DNA of 54,421 nucleotides from an uncultured Candidatus Cloacimonadota bacterium (GTDB lineage Bacteria > Cloacimonadota > Cloacimonadia > Cloacimonadales > TCS61). A model generated the notes under the pieces. The model made no database searches. It saw nothing but the letters and a program-made list of their open reading frames with translations, and was not told where the DNA came from. Below are positions 28,161-37,366 of the stretch, in pieces (position 1 is the stretch's first letter; each line of letters starts with the position of its first letter). Both the position numbers and the translations under genes were made by a program. The DNA lies in the NCBI GenBank assembly GCA_964578365.1, contig CAZOCS010000003.1, positions 1-54,421 on the forward strand, given 5' to 3'.

Positions 28161-30335
28161 CTATTTCATAAGGATCATTCTCTTAACTTGCTGAAAATCT
28201 CCAACTCTCAGTTTGTAGAAATAAATTCCTGAGGAAACTGGTTTTTCTGAATCATCTGTACCATTCCAGATAACTGAGTATTTTTCTCCCCTTCGCCCTT
28301 CGACAAGCTCAGGATGACACAAGCTCAGGGAAATATTTTTCACTTTTTGTCCTTTTAAATTATAAATTACAAGTTCGGTGCCTTCGGTGTTTTCGGTGTT
28401 TAATTCAAATGAAATTGTTGTGGTTGGATTAAATGGATTTGGATAGTTAGAAAGATGAGAGATCAGGGATGAGGAATTAGGTATTGTGTTTTCGTTACTA
28501 CTAATTGGTACAGGATATTCATAAGCACCCATATCGATAGAATCGTTGTAAACACGAGAATTCCCGATGAGATCAAATTCTGGAAATTCTAAGCCGAAAG
28601 GAAGTGATAATGTTCCAGAATCAATACAGGGAGAATCAATTTCCAATTCAAAGGGATATATTCCTGTTCCAATAAACTGAGGGTTTTGATCAATATTACC
28701 TTTCCCGTCATGTCCAAATTCGATATCATTATAACTTGTATAGAATGCTTTGCAATTCATCAGTTGATGCGGATCATAGAAATTTGTCTCATTGTTCCAA
28801 ATAATATTATTCGTGATCTGCGGCTTGGAAATGAATGTATGGATCGCTGCAGTTTCATGAAATGTTTCCTCATTGAGAACAAAATTAGAAACAATTGTGT
28901 TATTTGTAATTCGAGGATAAGAGAATGAACAATAAATTGGAGAACCGCTTATGAAAGCATGATTATTCTCAAACAAATTTCCAAATATCTTAGGAGCAGA
29001 ATGATTCTCAAAGCTTATTGCTCCGCCAATATCAGCAACATTATTTTGGAATATGCAATTTGTAATTTCGAGATCCGAAACATTATAGACCCGTATCGCA
29101 CCACCTTTTTCTTCGAATGATTTTGAATATTCAAAAATGCAATATTCAAGTTTTGAAGTACTGTTCAAAGTGGAAATATCGTTAAATTTAAGCCCGTTCC
29201 AGGCACCGAGTTCAGAATGATCTATCATGAAATATTCCGGTTGTGAACTGGTGAAATAAATCATATTTTCAGGTTCACCTAAAGCCAGGATGGTTCCATT
29301 TATATATATCGAATAAAAATCCTGAAATTCTAGTTTAACACCTGCATCAATGCTCACTGTTACTCCATTCTCTATTATCACATCATCTATCACTTTTACA
29401 GTATCAGCACTCCAAAATTCATCTGAGGTTATGCTCCCTCCCACTTCTACCGAACTTCTCCTAAAAGTGTTTTTTGTTGGGAATAAAATCACGTTCTCAG
29501 GTAAATATGTATGTCTTGTATTTGTTGGGAATATTTGACAGCCATAACCTTCTGCCGGAGATCCCGGGATCAGAGAATAATCTCCATTCTGAGGATCAAC
29601 AAGCAGAGGATCTGTTCCAATTACATTATTTCCTGCAGCCCAACTGACCGCCTGAGGAGGAGTTCAACCATACTCACATAATTCCACAAAATGTTTGGTT
29701 GCATCAGAATTTATCTCCTCATCGGAATGATATGACCAGTTATCGAGCAGAGTGGGAATTCCATAAGTCCCATAAAAAATACTGATCGCTACATTTGATC
29801 CTGTTGGAAGCCATTCCATCGGTATACCGGTTAAATGAGTAAAATCATCTCCCGTATCAACTGCATCTACAAAAATATTCCTTTCAAGTGTTATATTACC
29901 ACCTGCTCCCTGCAGTCGAATTGCATAATCATGAGGATTATAAAATGTACAATATTGAATATTGCCAGTAGGCATTACTTCCCCGATTGGATTATTAAAT
30001 CCTCGATATCTAATATTTCCGTTTATTATTATGCAATTGTCGATATCGAGTTTATTATTGCAATATGAGATACAGATCTGTTCACCTTCGAGATCTAATA
30101 TTGCACCGTTCCCTTCGATGCGTACATCCAATCCTTGTGGACCAGATAGTTCATCTATAATGGGATCATAAAATTTGCCTATGAGTAATCCGCCTGTGTA
30201 AGTTACACCTGTTTCTAAAACCAGATATTTATCGTACTCACCCTGAGCGGGAGCAATTTCATAAATTTCCTTTAGGGTGATAGAATAAACACTATTGATA
30301 CCTATTAATAAAACCAGGATCAATATTTTTTTCAT
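28161..30335 (-). CDS. Secreted parallel beta-helix protein with FlgD/T9SS-like CTD, read through an in-frame UGA at 29666-29664 (candidate selenoprotein, 724 aa)
   Basis: ORFs 29664..30335 and 28161..29492 share a frame; the 57 codons between them are open and encode GNNVIGTDPLLVDPQNGDYSLIPGSPA, a typical beta-helix capping motif; signal peptide only on the upstream part, NYPNPFNP CTD only on the downstream part. Confidence 0.75.
28289..28330. repeat. Short palindromic repeat element inserted in-frame in the CTD coding sequence
   Basis: CCCTTCG-CCCTTCGACAAGCTCAGGATGACA-CAAGCTCAGGG, a nested duplication; encodes SLSLCHPELVEGRR. Confidence 0.7.
29631..29663 (-). promoter_or_regulatory. Candidate bacterial SECIS hairpin immediately 3' of the UGA
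   Basis: ACUCCUCCUCAGGCGGUCAGUUGGGCUGCAGGA folds by eye (UCCU-CAG/CUG-C-AGGA, or UCCU/AGGA plus CUCAG/UUGGG) with GGUC at or near the apex; not computed. Confidence 0.45.
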
Positions 30336-30345
30336 TTTTTATCTT

Positions 30346-31050
30346 CTATTTCTTATTTTCTATTTTTCTTTTTTTCTTCCAGCCAAAGAATGATCTTGGA
30401 GCATAAGGTGAAGAATTTTCTGCCTTAGTAATTTTCTTATTCATAATACCCCACATCACAGCAGTAAGAATAAGCAATCCAAAAGATGAATATATTTGTA
30501 TCAAGCATAAGAAATTGAAAAGTGCATGAAGCAGCATCGCCAGTAATAGTCCATAAACTACAATAAAGCGGGGACTCTTTTTATCAAATTTTTTCCTTCC
30601 TAATGCATATCCCCAGATGCCTGAGAAAAGTGCATGAGCAGGTACTGAAAGTAATGCTCTGATCAGTATTGTATTGGAAAGCAGGAATTGAGCTTGCTGG
30701 TTTATCCTGAACAAATACAGGCCGTTCTCTATAGAAGCAAAACCAAGTGCCACAGCAGCCGCGTACACAATTCCATCCATCGGCTCACTGAAATTCTTGT
30801 TTCGATATAAATAAGCCCACACCATCAAGAATTTTGCAAGCTCTTCTAGAATTGGAGCCGAAACAACAGCACCTACAAAATAACTCATTTTAAAGGGCAT
30901 GTGAACAAATATCACAAGAGCTGCTGCAAGAATTCCTAGGAAATAAGAAACAAAAATCAATTTCTTGGGTTCGGGTTCCAGTTTATCACGCTGATAAAAA
31001 TACCATAACCAGTAAAGACCGGGGGCAAAACCTAATAAAATATAATGCAT
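30346..31050 (-). CDS. prsW: PrsW family intramembrane metalloprotease
   Basis: D..EPEP, LEELAK, DGIVY...ALGFA..EN, RA..VPAH and H..FN motifs. Confidence 0.9.
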   Translation of the reverse strand: MHYILLGFAPGLYWLWYFYQRDKLEPEPKKLIFVSYFLGILAAALVIFVHMPFKMSYFVGAVVSAPILEELAKFLMVWAYLYRNKNFSEPMDGIVYAAAVALGFASIENGLYLFRINQQAQFLLSNTILIRALLSVPAHALFSGIWGYALGRKKFDKKSPRFIVVYGLLLAMLLHALFNFLCLIQIYSSFGLLILTAVMWGIMNKKITKAENSSPYAPRSFFGWKKKRKIENKK

Positions 31051-31053
31051 TTC

Positions 31054-32196
31054 TTACCTATCCTTCTTTAAAACTTTATGCGATTCTTTTAGCCATTTTA
31101 TTATCTCTATCTGCTGCGGACATTTTGGTTCACATTCACCACATTCTATACATTTATCTGCTCTGTTCTCTTCTCTTATAAAAAAATCATAAGCAAATTT
31201 ACTCCGCTTCAGATCATCATACATCACATTCATCATGTAAAGCCCTAAAACTGATGAAATTGAAACACCATGAGGACATGGTTCGCAATATTTACAGGTT
31301 GTACAGAAAAATGGTGATCTTTTTAAATATGCTGCTCTAATGTTTTCAAAAAGATCCAAATCTTCTTTAGAGAGCATTCCAATTTTGGCTTGTTTTGCAC
31401 TTTCAATATTTTGTTTAACGTGTTGCATAGTTGTCATTCCACTCAACAAAATGGGAACTTCTTTTTTGTTCCATAGCCATTGCAAAGCTCCATCAGCATA
31501 GGAACGTTTCACAGGAAATTTCTGCCATAGTTTTTCTATTTCAGATGGTGGGTTTTTAGCCAGCTGACCACCCCTAAGCGGTTCCATTACAATAATTTCA
31601 ATATTGTTATTGATAGCATATCTAAATCCTTTTTCACCAGCTTGAAATTCGAGATCCATATAATTATACTGAAGTTGGCAAAATTCCCATTTATCATAAG
31701 CATCAACAATTTCTTTGAAAACTGAATATGAATCATGAAAGGAAAATCCGATATGTTTTATCTTGCCTTCTGCTTTCTTTTTTTCACACCACCTTAACAC
31801 TCCAAGATCTTTGATATTCTTCCATGACTTTGCATTTAAGGCATGCAGAAGGTAAAAATCGAAATAATCTGTTTGGAGTTTTTCCAGTTGCTCATTAAAT
31901 AGTTTATCAAAGTCTGCTTCTTCTTTTACCAGCCAGGCGGGAAGTTTTGTTGCCAGTAATATTTTGTCTTGCAAATTTTGCTTTTTCAAGTATCTCCCTA
32001 CAAAATTCTCACTTTCTCCCCCGTGATAAGGTTGAGCCGTATCAAGATAATTCACACCATTCTCAATTGCATAATCCAGCATTTCTTCCGTTTTTTCTTC
32101 ATCGATCAGTTTTTGGTTTTTATCCAGCACTGGAAAGCGCATTGTACCAAAACCCAGAATTGAAACTTTTTCCCCGCATAATTTACGATATTGCAT
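31054..32196 (-). CDS. Aldo/keto reductase with C-terminal 4Fe-4S dicluster domain
   Basis: LGFGTMR.P, NY.DTA.PYH.G.SE, DFYLLH, GFSFH and MEPLRGG motifs; CTTCKYCEPCP and CIECGECEPKCPQ. Confidence 0.92.
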   Translation of the reverse strand: MQYRKLCGEKVSILGFGTMRFPVLDKNQKLIDEEKTEEMLDYAIENGVNYLDTAQPYHGGESENFVGRYLKKQNLQDKILLATKLPAWLVKEEADFDKLFNEQLEKLQTDYFDFYLLHALNAKSWKNIKDLGVLRWCEKKKAEGKIKHIGFSFHDSYSVFKEIVDAYDKWEFCQLQYNYMDLEFQAGEKGFRYAINNNIEIIVMEPLRGGQLAKNPPSEIEKLWQKFPVKRSYADGALQWLWNKKEVPILLSGMTTMQHVKQNIESAKQAKIGMLSKEDLDLFENIRAAYLKRSPFFCTTCKYCEPCPHGVSISSVLGLYMMNVMYDDLKRSKFAYDFFIREENRADKCIECGECEPKCPQQIEIIKWLKESHKVLKKDR

Positions 32197-32268
32197 TACT
32201 TACCTCTAATTTTTCTATTTACTTATTTTTATAAAATTGCAATCTCATTTTCTTACTCGATTGATTTT

Positions 32269-32988
32269 TCACCAGGCTCTCATATAACCCAAAGAAATTG
32301 ATGAACTCTCAAAGAGTGCGTTGATACCAATATTAAATACATTGTTACCTTCCCGATAATTGACCATTACATGAAACATGCCTGGCAATCCTAGTCCAAA
32401 GTTGAAAGATAACAGGGATTTTTCATCAATAATATGCTCAAATAAAAATCCTCCTCCCCCGTAAAGCTTCTTACCATTAAAACCTTCAAATTCTAACCGG
32501 ATCAGTCCAGCTTCTTCAGCTTCATCAATCCAGTCATTATATTCCCCGAATTCCCAGAACATCCCGGTATATCCATAAAATCCTAGTCTTGTTTCTTTTA
32601 GAAGATAAAATATAGAACTCGATAATTGTGGTGCAAACCCATAATAGTTTAATTTTTCACCAGCTTTTTCTACAACGGCTTCAATTGAATGATATCCTGC
32701 AAATATCTCGGCATGATAGGAAAAAGAACTATATTTGTAAGTATGATTCCGTTGGAACAATAATTTTCCCAATATGCTCTCTTCATTATTATTAGATGCA
32801 TCTTCATTGTTGATAGTTCCACCAAGATAACTAGTGGTTCTTTCTTTCGGACTATTCAGGATTTTAGCCGGTTGGGAGCCCATGAATCCATTATGGTACC
32901 CCGGCAAGCAGCCCATAAAAACTAAAATCGAAGATAACATAAATATAGGCCTGAACTTCTTAACAAATTGAGTTCTTTTTTGTTTCAC
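32269..32988 (-). CDS. Hypothetical lipoprotein / outer-membrane protein
   Basis: Lipobox-like FMGC; aromatic beta-strand pattern; terminal W. Confidence 0.55.
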   Translation of the reverse strand: MKQKRTQFVKKFRPIFMLSSILVFMGCLPGYHNGFMGSQPAKILNSPKERTTSYLGGTINNEDASNNNEESILGKLLFQRNHTYKYSSFSYHAEIFAGYHSIEAVVEKAGEKLNYYGFAPQLSSSIFYLLKETRLGFYGYTGMFWEFGEYNDWIDEAEEAGLIRLEFEGFNGKKLYGGGGFLFEHIIDEKSLLSFNFGLGLPGMFHVMVNYREGNNVFNIGINALFESSSISLGYMRAW

Positions 32989-33581
32989 TATTTCCCTTTT
33001 TCCAATATTCTACTAATCTTCTTTAATTCGATAAGAATATTTTCCAGAGCATTTTCATTAACTTTTGGAGATTCAGAAATTTCTTTATTTGATGATCTCG
33101 ATTCTGTAAGATCTGATCTCAATTTTTCATGCAGTTCATCCCAGTTAATAAGTCCTGCAAGCTTACCTTCATATCCTGTTTGATTTTGTGATTGCCCTGC
33201 AGTTTGAATTTTAATTGATCCTATTCCCAACCATCTATCATACAATGTTCTTTCAAGCATGAAATCTGTAACCATTCTAAATGGAATGTTCTGTTTGATC
33301 TTGGTTAAAATTCCTTTTTTAATAACTATCTTATCAGCTTCTATAAAATATGATAAATTCTTGATCCAAAAAAGCATTATCGGTGTTGATATTATCCACA
33401 TTAGAATTATAGCAATAAAAACTATCCTCCATAAATAGAACGAAAATTGCGAGAAATTAACATCGCTATTTAATAACGGAATTATATGTAAAAGACAAGC
33501 AAAAAGCACAATTACAATTGATAATGATATAAGTATTAACCACGATTTTGTGATCAATTTTCTATCGGGTCTAATTTCCAT
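32988..33581 (-). CDS. Membrane protein with bacterial PH domain (YdbS-like)
   Basis: 2 TM followed by Y.I....I.IKKG, IP..., R.LGIG.I.IQTAG pattern. Confidence 0.8.
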   Translation of the reverse strand: MEIRPDRKLITKSWLILISLSIVIVLFACLLHIIPLLNSDVNFSQFSFYLWRIVFIAIILMWIISTPIMLFWIKNLSYFIEADKIVIKKGILTKIKQNIPFRMVTDFMLERTLYDRWLGIGSIKIQTAGQSQNQTGYEGKLAGLINWDELHEKLRSDLTESRSSNKEISESPKVNENALENILIELKKISRILEKGK

Positions 33582-34456
33582 TTTACTCTCCTCTTTACTA
33601 AAATATTATTAACTGTGTAAATAATTAAAGCGATCCAAACGAATGAGAATCCCACTAACCTGCTTCTACTGAAGTCTTCCCTGAACACAAGAAGACCGAT
33701 GAGAAATTGTAATGTTGGAGCAATATATTGTAATATTCCCAAAGAAGTCAACTCAATCCTCCGCGCAGCTGCAGCAAATAGAAGTAATGGCACAGAAGTG
33801 ACAATACCCGCCAGAAATAAATAAACATTCTTGGTAAATGTTACATGCCCGAATGAACCAATTCCTTTAGTTTCAAAATAAATTAACATGAAAGTAGACG
33901 GTAAAAAAAGTAACATTGTTTCTAAGGTTAGTCCTTGAAGAGAATTCAGAGCAGCTTGCTTTCTTAACAATCCATAAACACTAAAGGAACCGGCTAAAAC
34001 TAATGCGATCCAGGGTACAGAACCAAATATAATTATCGTATAACCAATGCCAATGCCTGCCAGTGAGATCGCTACCCAGCTCCATTTATCAGGACGTTCC
34101 CTTAAGAAAAACACACCTAGCATTACAGTAAGCAGAGGATTTATAAAATATCCAAGACTTGCCTCAATTGTGCGGTCGTTATTTACTGCCCAGATATAAG
34201 TAAACCAATTAGCAGAAAGCAAAATTGATGTTATCAGAAAAGTTATTACAATTTTTTTATTCTTAATTGCATCTTTTAGCCAGTTGAAATTTCTCCTGAT
34301 CAGCTGAATAAATAGGAGAAATACAAGTGACCAGGAAATGCGATGGCAGAGAATCTGAAAAGCGGGAATATCTTCCAAAATTTTCCAGAAAAGTGGAAGA
34401 AGACCCCAAAGTGCATAAGCACTAATTGCGTAAAGAACACCCTTATTCAAATGCAC
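33554..34456 (-). CDS. rarD: EamA family transporter RarD
   Basis: AY.LWGLLP.FWK, ASLGYFINPL, PWIAL.LA.SF..YG..RK and G.LQYI.PT.QF motifs. Confidence 0.93.
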   Translation of the reverse strand: MHLNKGVLYAISAYALWGLLPLFWKILEDIPAFQILCHRISWSLVFLLFIQLIRRNFNWLKDAIKNKKIVITFLITSILLSANWFTYIWAVNNDRTIEASLGYFINPLLTVMLGVFFLRERPDKWSWVAISLAGIGIGYTIIIFGSVPWIALVLAGSFSVYGLLRKQAALNSLQGLTLETMLLFLPSTFMLIYFETKGIGSFGHVTFTKNVYLFLAGIVTSVPLLLFAAAARRIELTSLGILQYIAPTLQFLIGLLVFREDFSRSRLVGFSFVWIALIIYTVNNILVKRRVKWKLDPIEN

Positions 34457-34459
34457 TCC

Positions 34460-36937
34460 CTATTCTTTTTTTAAATCATTTTGATATTTTTGCCACCATT
34501 TCTTGTAATATTTTACTTTGGGATTGAAATCAGTTACTGAGCATTCTGTTGGTGGATATTTCCCATCAATAAAGCCTTGAAGCATATACATCGCTTCACG
34601 ACCTATCGTTGACATTTTCCCTAGTGGCCAATCTGTACTTTCTGTCGATACCACTGGAGCACACTCTTTTTCAGATTCGATCTTATTCATTAGATAGCTT
34701 AGACTTAATTTCAATGTCCAAGTATCTGAAGGAACTGGATTAATTATTACCGGAACTTTTTTGTATTCTAATACTTTCAAAATATTTGTTGGGTAATATT
34801 CCTTTAAATTAATTGGATCTATTTTCTCACCTTTTTTATTATATCTTATTACTCTTAGTCCATCTTCAGTATAGGTTTTCCAAGGTCCAACTCGTCTTCC
34901 TTTAACATACTCACCTGTATACATTTTATCTTTTTCTAATTCTACCCAATTTCCACTCTTCAATCCATTTTTAAAATGTCCTTCATTAGTAACTTCATCA
35001 TCTTTACGAATGATTGCTAATCCATCTTTTTTCCCGTCTTTATATTCAATTTCAACCGTACGTTTAGGAGAATTAACACTGTTTGTTACTGTCTTCACGA
35101 TCCCATGCATTTTCCCATTTTTATATTCTCTTTCTGCTTTTATGCGTCCAAGTGCATCATAAATTTTAATTTTTCCATCATAAACACTAGGAAATTCGGA
35201 GGTCAATTTCCCCTCAAATTGAAGTGTTCCGTTCTTTAAATAATCACGTACAATGCCTTGTGGAACACCATCATCATATTCAGCAATCCGATAATATGTT
35301 GCATCTTTAACCGAATTGCACTTTGTGAAATTACTCCACATAAATGTAACCCATAGACCTTGCTTATTACCATTTTCATTTAATTTATCTGGTTGTTTAA
35401 TTGCAGTTGGAAATTTTGTTGAGTAAATTGGCTTTCCATCTGAATTAAAATAGTTCCATTCATCTATACTATTTCCATTCACAAATTCTTTTTCACTATA
35501 AGCACTATTCTTGTAATCGTAATATTTATATGTACCGTTTTTTATATTATTCTCATACTCAATTTTTTCTCTAATATTCCCATTATCGAACCAATTAATC
35601 CATTCTCCTGTTCTTTTACCTTTAGAATATTTCCCTTCATTCCATTTACTTCCACTTCTATAATAATCAATATAATAACCATCTCTAAATCCATTTTTAT
35701 ATTCAATTTCTTTCTTGATTGAACCATTTGAGAAATATTTTTTCCAGACACCTATCCTTTTTCCCGCTTCATATACACCTTCCATCATAATTTTATTATT
35801 AGAAATCGTATATGTCCAATGTCCTTCTTCCTGTTGATCTACTAGATCTCCATGCCCAATAATTTCACGATCCTGCGAATAATCAGGATAGTTTGGATAA
35901 ATTGTGTCTAGATAATTACCTTCACTTACTTCATGAATGGGCATGACTAAATCCCAAAGCTCAATTTTTTTCAATTTTGTATCTGAAAATTTAAAAAAGT
36001 TTGATCTAGTATGTAACCAAAGAGTTCCATTATTGTCTATCTCTATTTGACTAATACCATAATCACCTTTTAAAATATCTGGAGTTGTTTCAAGATGTAT
36101 GAGTTTGTTCCCATCTATCTTATATGTAATAACATCACGTTGATAAAATGCATCACCTGTCATACTCGAGTACGTTGTACTCACTTTTACTATTAAGAAA
36201 CTTCCATTACTATCAATTTCAAAATTATTGCCAAATCTTGGTTGTTCCGCAATATCAAGAGGAGCAATTGTAACTATTGAATCCAAAACAACACTATTAA
36301 TTCTCCCTTGAAAATTGAAAAGTAGGGTACCTTCCGGATCTTGGGCTAAGCATTCATTTTTATTATAGTGATAATAATCATTAACCTGTAATCGTAATTC
36401 TTGCCATTTCCAATTATGATATGCAGCTATGCTTTCAGTAGTATGTAACCAGATTATATCTTTGTTAACAATAATGTCATTAACTCTAAATTTTTCACCG
36501 AAATTATTTCGTAACTTTGGATAACAAAACCAATTTTCACCATCGAATTTCATTAATCTATTATCTATAATAATGAATAGATCATTGTTATAATCTGTTT
36601 TTATCTTTGTGATTTTGCCTTCTGGTAAATCACCTTCACCTGAAATGTAATGAATCCAATTCTTTCCATCAAAATTTAACAAAGTAATTTTATTTACGAG
36701 AAACCAAACAGAACCATTTTCACTAACAGTAATATAATTAACTTTTTCTGTTGAAATATTATCTACTTTCAAGATGTGTTGCAAGCTGTCAGTGATAGAG
36801 TTATATTTAAATAGTCCTACTCCCGTTCCAATCCAATGAATACTATCTTGAATTGCATAACTTGAAATATACTTATTTTTACTAAATCTTGCCCACTCGT
36901 TATTTCTTGCAAAAAGAATAGTGGGAAGAATCAGCAA
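34460..36937 (-). CDS. Secreted protein: N-terminal beta-propeller-like region plus MORN-variant/YwqK-like repeats; true start probably upstream of 36937
   Basis: WIGT..GL repeats, then many G.Y..G...G.W..Y..NG repeats; signal peptide continues upstream of the TTG. Confidence 0.75.
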   Translation of the reverse strand: MLILPTILFARNNEWARFSKNKYISSYAIQDSIHWIGTGVGLFKYNSITDSLQHILKVDNISTEKVNYITVSENGSVWFLVNKITLLNFDGKNWIHYISGEGDLPEGKITKIKTDYNNDLFIIIDNRLMKFDGENWFCYPKLRNNFGEKFRVNDIIVNKDIIWLHTTESIAAYHNWKWQELRLQVNDYYHYNKNECLAQDPEGTLLFNFQGRINSVVLDSIVTIAPLDIAEQPRFGNNFEIDSNGSFLIVKVSTTYSSMTGDAFYQRDVITYKIDGNKLIHLETTPDILKGDYGISQIEIDNNGTLWLHTRSNFFKFSDTKLKKIELWDLVMPIHEVSEGNYLDTIYPNYPDYSQDREIIGHGDLVDQQEEGHWTYTISNNKIMMEGVYEAGKRIGVWKKYFSNGSIKKEIEYKNGFRDGYYIDYYRSGSKWNEGKYSKGKRTGEWINWFDNGNIREKIEYENNIKNGTYKYYDYKNSAYSEKEFVNGNSIDEWNYFNSDGKPIYSTKFPTAIKQPDKLNENGNKQGLWVTFMWSNFTKCNSVKDATYYRIAEYDDGVPQGIVRDYLKNGTLQFEGKLTSEFPSVYDGKIKIYDALGRIKAEREYKNGKMHGIVKTVTNSVNSPKRTVEIEYKDGKKDGLAIIRKDDEVTNEGHFKNGLKSGNWVELEKDKMYTGEYVKGRRVGPWKTYTEDGLRVIRYNKKGEKIDPINLKEYYPTNILKVLEYKKVPVIINPVPSDTWTLKLSLSYLMNKIESEKECAPVVSTESTDWPLGKMSTIGREAMYMLQGFIDGKYPPTECSVTDFNPKVKYYKKWWQKYQNDLKKE

Positions 36938-36987
36938 TATACAACAGACTAATAATATTATCTTCGATTTTATTTTAATATTATTTT

Positions 36988-37332
36988 CTATGTTTTACTC
37001 CAGATTGAAAGACGGTTTCCATTGATATCCAAAAAAGATGCATAAAATCCCATACCACCACCGATCTCAGTTTTCTCTTTGGTTTGTTTTCCACCGGCAG
37101 AAATTATCTCAGTCATTTTAGTTGGAATATCATCACACTCGATAACTAAATTTGGACCACCTGAACCAACTTCCATATCAGGGTCAAATCCACCACCAAC
37201 TAATCCATCCTGGAAAAATGCATAATTTCCACCTTCCATAACTTCAACTTCCCAACCAAATACATCAGTGTAAAATTTTGCGGTTTTCTCCAGATCGGGT
37301 GCTGGAATTTCAATATGACAAAACTTATTCAT
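36988..37332 (-). CDS. VOC (glyoxalase/bleomycin resistance) family protein
   Basis: HIEI...D......FY..VFGW and G.YA.F.D..GN motifs; AGGAGG RBS. Confidence 0.92.
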   Translation of the reverse strand: MNKFCHIEIPAPDLEKTAKFYTDVFGWEVEVMEGGNYAFFQDGLVGGGFDPDMEVGSGGPNLVIECDDIPTKMTEIISAGGKQTKEKTEIGGGMGFYASFLDINGNRLSIWSKT

Positions 37333-37366
37333 AATAACCTCCTAATTGTTAACATTAAAAAATTAC

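Noticed and set aside
28161-29492. Stand-alone 443-aa gene starting at GTG 29492
   Set aside because: No RBS or signal peptide, and the frame is open upstream to the UGA; better explained as the 3' part of 28161..30335.
34460-36937. Toxin-antitoxin system suggested by YwqK-like repeats
   Set aside because: No adjacent toxin gene; these repeats are generic MORN-variant repeats.
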